From an uncultured cyanobacterium (GTDB lineage: Bacteria; Cyanobacteriota; Cyanobacteriia; Cyanobacteriales; Microcystaceae), in the NCBI GenBank assembly GCA_963807635.1, contig CAWEDJ010000104.1:1-13439 (forward strand): a stretch of 13,439 bases of DNA. The letters are read 5' to 3'. Below, piece by piece: positions 8,984 through 13,439 of this stretch. Every line of letters begins with the position of its first letter. The stretch's first letter is position 1. The translations under genes and the position numbers were made by a program. The notes below the pieces were generated by a model that made no database searches, had not been told where the DNA came from, and saw only the letters and a program-made list of their open reading frames with translations.

Positions 8984-9359
8984 TCTTCGGCGTTGAATCT
9001 ACGGATCTAACAAATCAACAATATCTGATGATTAACCATAGTTGGGTCGATCCCGATCTTTCCAGTCAAAATCTCTCACCAATGCGATCGCCATTACTTT
9101 TATTTTAATTTTATTGAATAATGCCAGCAATTCTCATTCTGGCAAAAGCCTTATGCAGAAAGCAAAAACAGTCTTCGGCGTTGAATCTACGGATCTAACA
9201 AATCAACAATATCTGATGATTAACCATAGTTGGGTCGATCCCGATCTTTCCAGTCAAAATCTCTCACCAATGCGATCGCCATTACTTTTATTTTAATTTT
9301 ATTGAATAATGCCAGCAATTCTCATTCTGGCAAAAGCCTTATGCAGAAAGCAAAAACAG
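8984..9359. repeat. Exact 188-bp tandem duplication (8984-9171 / 9172-9359)
   Basis: Both copies run TCTTCGGCGTTGAATC...GCAAAAACAG with no mismatch seen by eye. Confidence 0.95.
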
Positions 9360-9536
9360 GCTTTCATCCTACAGAAATGAGACACCGTAAGGCGGTCATT
9401 AAGTCAAAATTCGTCAGATGACACACAAAGGGAGACAAAAATCGCATTCCAGTTGTAATTATAAACAGAATCTTAAATTTTGAAAGCCTTTAACAGCAAG
9501 GATTTGAGGCGAGAATTTTCATAATGAGAATTGCTG
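9313..9536. mobile_element. MITE / non-autonomous IS derivative, 224 bp
   Basis: Perfect 14-bp TIRs CAGCAATTCTCATT (9313-9326) and AATGAGAATTGCTG (9523-9536), flanked by the 9-bp direct repeat GAATAATGC (9304-9312 and 9537-9545). No transposase ORF. Confidence 0.88.
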
Positions 9537-9730
9537 GAATAATGCACGATATGTTGTATAAATTGTTCAAGTTGATCTATAATTTTTCCATCTTTTATAA
9601 TTCATTTTGAAAACTAGCCCCCGTTTCGATGTCTGTCATCAAGTCTTAACAAAATTAATTAAAATCCTTACCTTTCAACCCTATCGACGTAATTCAATAT
9701 TTTCTAAAAAATAGTTTGTATGAAAATTGT

Positions 9731-11008
9731 ATGAAAAACGAGACATTTCCACTGTTATTGCTGATTGCGACGATTGTTAATTTAGGTATGTCTCAATCAA
9801 CCAACGCCCAATCTATCCCTGGGGAAGGCGTTGATTTTAGTGAGGGGAATTCTGAGCTTGGCAGCAAAGTCGCTGGTGAAAGGTCTATCTCCTTGAATAA
9901 GGATAAAAAACTGACTGGGATAGATGATCGATTTGTGGCTCCAGTCGCTAAAAATCCTCCCCCATTGAGCAAACGCAAACAAATAATAGAATCTCTTCAC
10001 CCTGAATCCTCCACAAAAACCGCATTTTATGTAAACTCAGGCTTTACGTCTTTTGATACATCTCTTGACGGTTTGTTGGAGTCTCGAAGCACTCGCGTGA
10101 CTGCCCAAAAAACTAATCAAAATCTACTGCGTAAGGCGATTAACCAATCTCAATCTATCGCCCGCATCAATCAGAATACTCGTAAAGCTTCCTTCTCTCC
10201 GGATGAGGATCAATCTTTTTTGGCTCCCCTTCAGCCCTTCTTTAAACAAAAGGATGCGATCGCGTCAACACCACCCCCTGAAGAATTTCCTCAAACACAA
10301 GATCTATCAGATCGAAAAAAAGACCTAAAAATTAATCCATTAGATCCATCCTTTGTCAATGCCCCAAGAACCTATTCGCCTTCCTTAACCTTTACTTTTA
10401 GTGCATTCGGTGCTAACTGGGGAGATTTATTTGTCGGTGGATCGGCAGCAACTCGAGGACGACAGCGTGATCGTATTGATGGTTATTTGGGATTGGGTTT
10501 TGGTTTAGGAGATGCTTCCAATTTCGTCGGCTCAACAGTGTCATTCAATATGCAAAGCGTAAGAAATTTTGGTGCAACCAATGGAATCGATGTGGATTTT
10601 CATCGGATTGTCTACAGCGATTCTCAAACTCAGGTTGCGATGGCCGTAGGAGTAACGAATCTCATTAAATTGTATTATAGGAACCTGCCTGACAGGCTTG
10701 CGGAAGGGTATTGGGGAGCTATCACTAGTTATACCTTCCTTAGACCCGATGATCCCGTTAATACCCTGCCCCTTGCTTTAACGGTGGGAGGAGCATCGGG
10801 GCAATTTCAACAGACAGATGTTGGTATCTTTGGGGGGGTAGGCATACAATTAGCCCCCCAATTAGGGGTAGGAGCGGCATGGAGCGGAGTTTCTCTCGAT
10901 TTAGGGATGTCCTATGTTCCAATTCCGACATTTCCCCTTACACTAACAATGGAGGGAATAGATCTAACCAACAATACGCCAGAGGACCCGGTTTCTCCTT
11001 GGTATTAA
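9731..11008 (+). CDS. Exported hypothetical protein, probable outer-membrane beta-barrel with a long low-complexity N-terminal region; true C-terminus may lie in another frame ending at 11042
   Basis: The ATG at 9731 starts a Sec-like signal peptide (MKNETFPLLLLIATIVNLGMSQSTNA|Q). About 200 aa of polar S/Q/K/P-rich sequence follow, then Gly/aromatic-rich alternating strands (SAFGANWGDLFVGG, GYLGLGFGLGD, GIFGGVGIQL). Confidence 0.75.
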   Translation: MKNETFPLLLLIATIVNLGMSQSTNAQSIPGEGVDFSEGNSELGSKVAGERSISLNKDKKLTGIDDRFVAPVAKNPPPLSKRKQIIESLHPESSTKTAFYVNSGFTSFDTSLDGLLESRSTRVTAQKTNQNLLRKAINQSQSIARINQNTRKASFSPDEDQSFLAPLQPFFKQKDAIASTPPPEEFPQTQDLSDRKKDLKINPLDPSFVNAPRTYSPSLTFTFSAFGANWGDLFVGGSAATRGRQRDRIDGYLGLGFGLGDASNFVGSTVSFNMQSVRNFGATNGIDVDFHRIVYSDSQTQVAMAVGVTNLIKLYYRNLPDRLAEGYWGAITSYTFLRPDDPVNTLPLALTVGGASGQFQQTDVGIFGGVGIQLAPQLGVGAAWSGVSLDLGMSYVPIPTFPLTLTMEGIDLTNNTPEDPVSPWY

Positions 11009-11067
11009 TGTAGGTTACAATTTTTCCCCTCGTGGATATTAATTTTTTACCTATAGAGGAACCTATC

Positions 11068-11718
11068 ATGAAAAACATAAAAGTTTTATTCTTTGTTGCC
11101 CTGTTTACCCCCTGGCTCTCTAGCGCAGAAGCTTCTCCTATGAAGTTTCAAGAAACTGTTTTAGTTGCTGAGACACAACAACTTTCTGGAGTTGATACTT
11201 TTTCCGAAGGAAGCGTTTTTTCACCTCTCACAATTAATAATAATGGTATTAATAACCAAGGATCTACATTTCTCATTGCTGGAGTAAAGAGCTTTCCTGG
11301 AACGACTATCACCAAGGGAGGCGTTCCTACTAGTGTTCCAAATGCGGCAAATATCAAAATATTCCCAGGTAATACTGGTGTGAATAAAGTCTTTGTTTCT
11401 CCAGCAGTCTTACAGAATGTCACGAGTGCGGGAGATAAGTTTTTTGTCAACTTTACTAAGAACACACTTTTCAACAATCCTTTTTCCTCGACACAGCTTG
11501 GTCAAATTGCAGTCGATACCAATAATATTCTGGCGGCTAACTTTGAAACCACGACCGATCCTATCACTTTGACCTTTGACGGAGAAACTAAGAGCTATGG
11601 GCATCTTGATGAAGCTAATGACGCAATGTATCCCATAATCGCTGGGGGAGGTTTAACTCAGGGGCCTGTTGTTCTAAATATCCATGGAGTGATTGTTGAA
11701 TATGGAATTGTTCCCTAA
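11068..11718 (+). CDS. Exported hypothetical protein (216 aa), T/N/G/F-rich
   Basis: RBS-like AGAGGA at 11055-11060 precedes ATG 11068. Signal peptide MKNIKVLFFVALFTPWLSSAEA|S. Confidence 0.78.
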   Translation: MKNIKVLFFVALFTPWLSSAEASPMKFQETVLVAETQQLSGVDTFSEGSVFSPLTINNNGINNQGSTFLIAGVKSFPGTTITKGGVPTSVPNAANIKIFPGNTGVNKVFVSPAVLQNVTSAGDKFFVNFTKNTLFNNPFSSTQLGQIAVDTNNILAANFETTTDPITLTFDGETKSYGHLDEANDAMYPIIAGGGLTQGPVVLNIHGVIVEYGIVP

Positions 11719-11736
11719 TGAATTAGGGAATTTGTT
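11711..11736 (+). terminator. Candidate intrinsic terminator overlapping the stop codon
   Basis: TTCCCTAAT-GA-ATTAGGGAA (9-bp perfect inverted repeat) followed by TTTGTT. Confidence 0.5.
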
Positions 11737-11840
11737 AATTGTGTTACTTTGCTGTTTTTAGGTAACTTTAGTTGACAGAAAATTTATGACGATTTTCGTT
11801 AAATTACAGCAAACTGCGTTGTGATTACGGACAAAGCTTT

Positions 11841-11868
11841 GTAGGGACATAGTATATTATGTCCCTAC
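11841..11868. repeat. REP-like GTAG...CTAC palindrome
   Basis: GTAGGGACATA-GTATAT-TATGTCCCTAC: 11-bp perfect arms starting with the GTAG tetranucleotide of GTAG-family REPs. Confidence 0.7.
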
Positions 11869-11895
11869 CCTGTAAGGATTTTAATAATAATTTGG

Positions 11896-12003
11896 GTGTA
11901 ATTCCCCGCCCCTTGGAGCGGAAAATATAAGCTTGCAATGGAAACCAAGGCTTTGCGAGCAAAACGTTTTCCATACCCCGCCCCAAGGGGCGGAACTTTT
12001 TTG
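11896..12003 (-). mobile_element. Miniature IS200/IS605-like element (two subterminal GC hairpins, no ORF); boundaries approximate
   Basis: Hairpins CCGCCCCTTGGAGCGG (11906-11921) and CCGCCCCAAGGGGCGG (11978-11993) are near-copies 72 bp apart. No TIR or TSD seen. An AT-rich pentamer TTAAT abuts the putative left end on the minus strand. Confidence 0.55.
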
Positions 12004-12041
12004 ATTAATCAATCTATTATAGAATTTCCTACACTAAATTT

Positions 12042-12557
12042 ATGAATGCTTTAGTCTTAAAAATCTTACCTCTGTTAGTATATATTTCAGTGTTAGTTCC
12101 TGTAATTGCTTCTGCTCAGTCCCCATCAACCAGTAAAATGGAAGTTTCTGATAAAATAGAGCTTTCAGAACCTATTAAGCGACAGTTATCCCTGCAAAGA
12201 CCCAATCAAGAAGCAGATATTTTTATCATTAGTGGCCCGAAACAGCGAGTTGATAAGGCGGCTTCTCTTGGAACGATTATTTATGTAGCAGGTGTTAATA
12301 AAGAAGCTGTTAATACAGCTATTGAGTTTGTTTTGGCGGGCGCAGATCCTCAATCAGTAGGTGATCTTATGTTGGCAATGAATGGCTTATTACCAAAGAA
12401 TCAATCGACCAATATTACCAAATTCAATCAAGCCTTAGAATCCTATAACAAAATTGTTGATTTGGCGGATGAAGAAACCTTACAGTCCTTAGAAAATAAC
12501 CAAACTTTTGTGACTATTGGGAAGCTCCTTAAGGAAATGCGGAAGGCTGTTCCCTAG
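12042..12557 (+). CDS. Exported hypothetical protein (171 aa) with a helical C-terminal domain
   Basis: Signal peptide MNALVLKILPLLVYISVLVPVIASA|Q and an amphipathic helical C-terminal half (FNQALESYNKIV...FVTIGKLLKEMRK). Confidence 0.78.
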   Translation: MNALVLKILPLLVYISVLVPVIASAQSPSTSKMEVSDKIELSEPIKRQLSLQRPNQEADIFIISGPKQRVDKAASLGTIIYVAGVNKEAVNTAIEFVLAGADPQSVGDLMLAMNGLLPKNQSTNITKFNQALESYNKIVDLADEETLQSLENNQTFVTIGKLLKEMRKAVP

Positions 12558-12565
12558 TTTTTGAC

Positions 12566-12593
12566 AAAAAAAGGAGGGTTTTGATTTTCCTCC
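12566..12593 (-). terminator. Candidate intrinsic terminator for pgm, between convergent genes
   Basis: Minus strand reads GGAGG-11 nt-CCTCC followed by T7. Confidence 0.45.
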
Positions 12594-12675
12594 CTAATTT
12601 GTAGAATTTTCTGTAGATTTTAATGATGTAAAGCAATTTTTAAAGATCTCGATCGCCTTATACAAAAGAGAAAAA

Positions 12676-13439
12676 TTATTTCAAGGTTTCACTGACAATT
12701 TCTTCAGCTTCTTTGAAGATACGTTGTAAATGCTCTTCGTTTTTAAAGCTTTCTGCATAAATTTTATAGACATTTTCTGTCCCCGAAGGACGAGCGGCAA
12801 ACCAACCTGAATCGGTCGTCACTTTTAATCCGCCGATCGCGGCTTGATTGCCTGGAGCCTTGGTCATTTTGTCGATGATCGCATCCCCTGCAAGGGAAGA
12901 AGCTTGGACATCTTCGGGAGAAAGCTTGCTGAGGCGGGCTTTTTGTTCGGGAGTCGCGGGGGCATCGATCCGTTTGTAAATGGGATTACCGAGGCGAGAG
13001 GTTAGATCTTGATAATGTAAACCGGGATCTTTGCCTGTTTTAGCCGTAATTTCAGCGGCCAGTAAATCCATGATGATGCCGTCTTTGTCCGTTGTCCAAA
13101 CTGTCCCGTTTTTCTTCAAAAAGGATGCTCCTGCACTTTCTTCTCCCCCAAAGCCAAAGGAACCATCCAAAAGACCATTAACAAACCATTTAAAGCCCAC
13201 AGGCACTTCATAGACTTTACGCCCAATTTCCTTGCCTACGCGGTCAATCATGCTGCTACTGACGAGGGTTTTGCCGATCGCGCTTAATCCCGACCACTCT
13301 TGACGATGGGTGAACAAATACCAAATGGCTACGGAGAGAAAATGATTGGGATTCATTAAACCGACGCTGGGCGTAACAATACCGTGACGGTCAGAATCGG
13401 TGTCATTCCCGAAGGCAATATCATAATCGTCTTTTATCT
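12676..13439 (-). CDS. pgm: Phosphoglucomutase (alpha-D-glucose-1,6-bisphosphate-dependent), 3' part; gene runs off the window
   Basis: The frame is open to the window edge ([19 protein letters not shown], the DxDxDR metal loop), then GGEESAG and RPSGTE motifs. Confidence 0.95.
   Translation of the reverse strand, partial: IKDDYDIAFGNDTDSDRHGIVTPSVGLMNPNHFLSVAIWYLFTHRQEWSGLSAIGKTLVSSSMIDRVGKEIGRKVYEVPVGFKWFVNGLLDGSFGFGGEESAGASFLKKNGTVWTTDKDGIIMDLLAAEITAKTGKDPGLHYQDLTSRLGNPIYKRIDAPATPEQKARLSKLSPEDVQASSLAGDAIIDKMTKAPGNQAAIGGLKVTTDSGWFAARPSGTENVYKIYAESFKNEEHLQRIFKEAEEIVSETLK

Larger units (their letters stand above)
1513..10263. repeat. HIP1 octamer GCGATCGC, 13 dispersed perfect copies
   Basis: Counted by eye at 1513, 2000, 2415, 3805, 5805, 6082, 6749, 7730, 8133, 8946, 9084, 9272 and 10256, plus many 7/8 matches. 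Confidence 0.9.

Noticed and set aside
8880..9110. Coding-like relic upstream of the tRNA
   Set aside because: All frames are broken by stops and no family is recognisable, so a pseudogene call cannot be supported without tblastx.
8984..9359. Possible CRISPR or repeat-spacer array
   Set aside because: Only two contiguous identical 188-bp units with no unique spacers and no cas genes.
9042..9421. 84-aa and 63-aa ORFs with identical N-termini
   Set aside because: They are by-products of the 188-bp duplication, start with TTG, read into the MITE and show no recognisable protein features.
10264..12645. Absence of HIP1 as evidence of horizontal acquisition
   Set aside because: The barrel gene has a HIP1 at 10256, and similar-sized gaps occur in core genes (3813-5804), so the signal is not significant.
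8753..12675. tRNA-anchored integrative island
   Set aside because: The accessory block lies on the 5' side of the tRNA. No integrase and no duplicated tRNA fragment (att site) were seen.
3663..13213. Other short ORFs (3663-3851, 5825-6043, 9793-9978, 9797-10000, 11148-11477, 11410-11604, 13031-13213)
   Set aside because: All overlap better-supported genes, mostly antisense, and lack motifs.

Overview
Cyanobacterial chromosomal window, judged from 13 perfect HIP1 GCGATCGC octamers and cyanobacteria-type genes. Positions 1-8830 are mostly housekeeping or conserved genes: a bciB-like FrhB-family divinyl chlorophyllide reductase, clpS, a CAAX/CPBP protease, a GT25 glycosyltransferase, a three-gene minus-strand run (repeat-domain protein, pentapeptide-repeat protein, VOC protein), and a second minus-strand run (tRNA-Met, apt, peptide ABC permease, small hypothetical). 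apt carries a 1-nt frameshift. Positions ~8880-12600 form an accessory-looking block between tRNA-Met and the 3' end of pgm. It holds an exact 188-bp tandem duplication, a 224-bp MITE with 14-bp TIRs and a 9-bp TSD, three co-oriented signal-peptide genes of unknown function (a probable outer-membrane beta-barrel with a frameshifted C-terminus, plus two exported proteins), a GTAG-type REP palindrome and a ~108-bp IS200/IS605-like miniature element. The exported trio is the best candidate for an undescribed system. All calls are by eye; no database searches were run.
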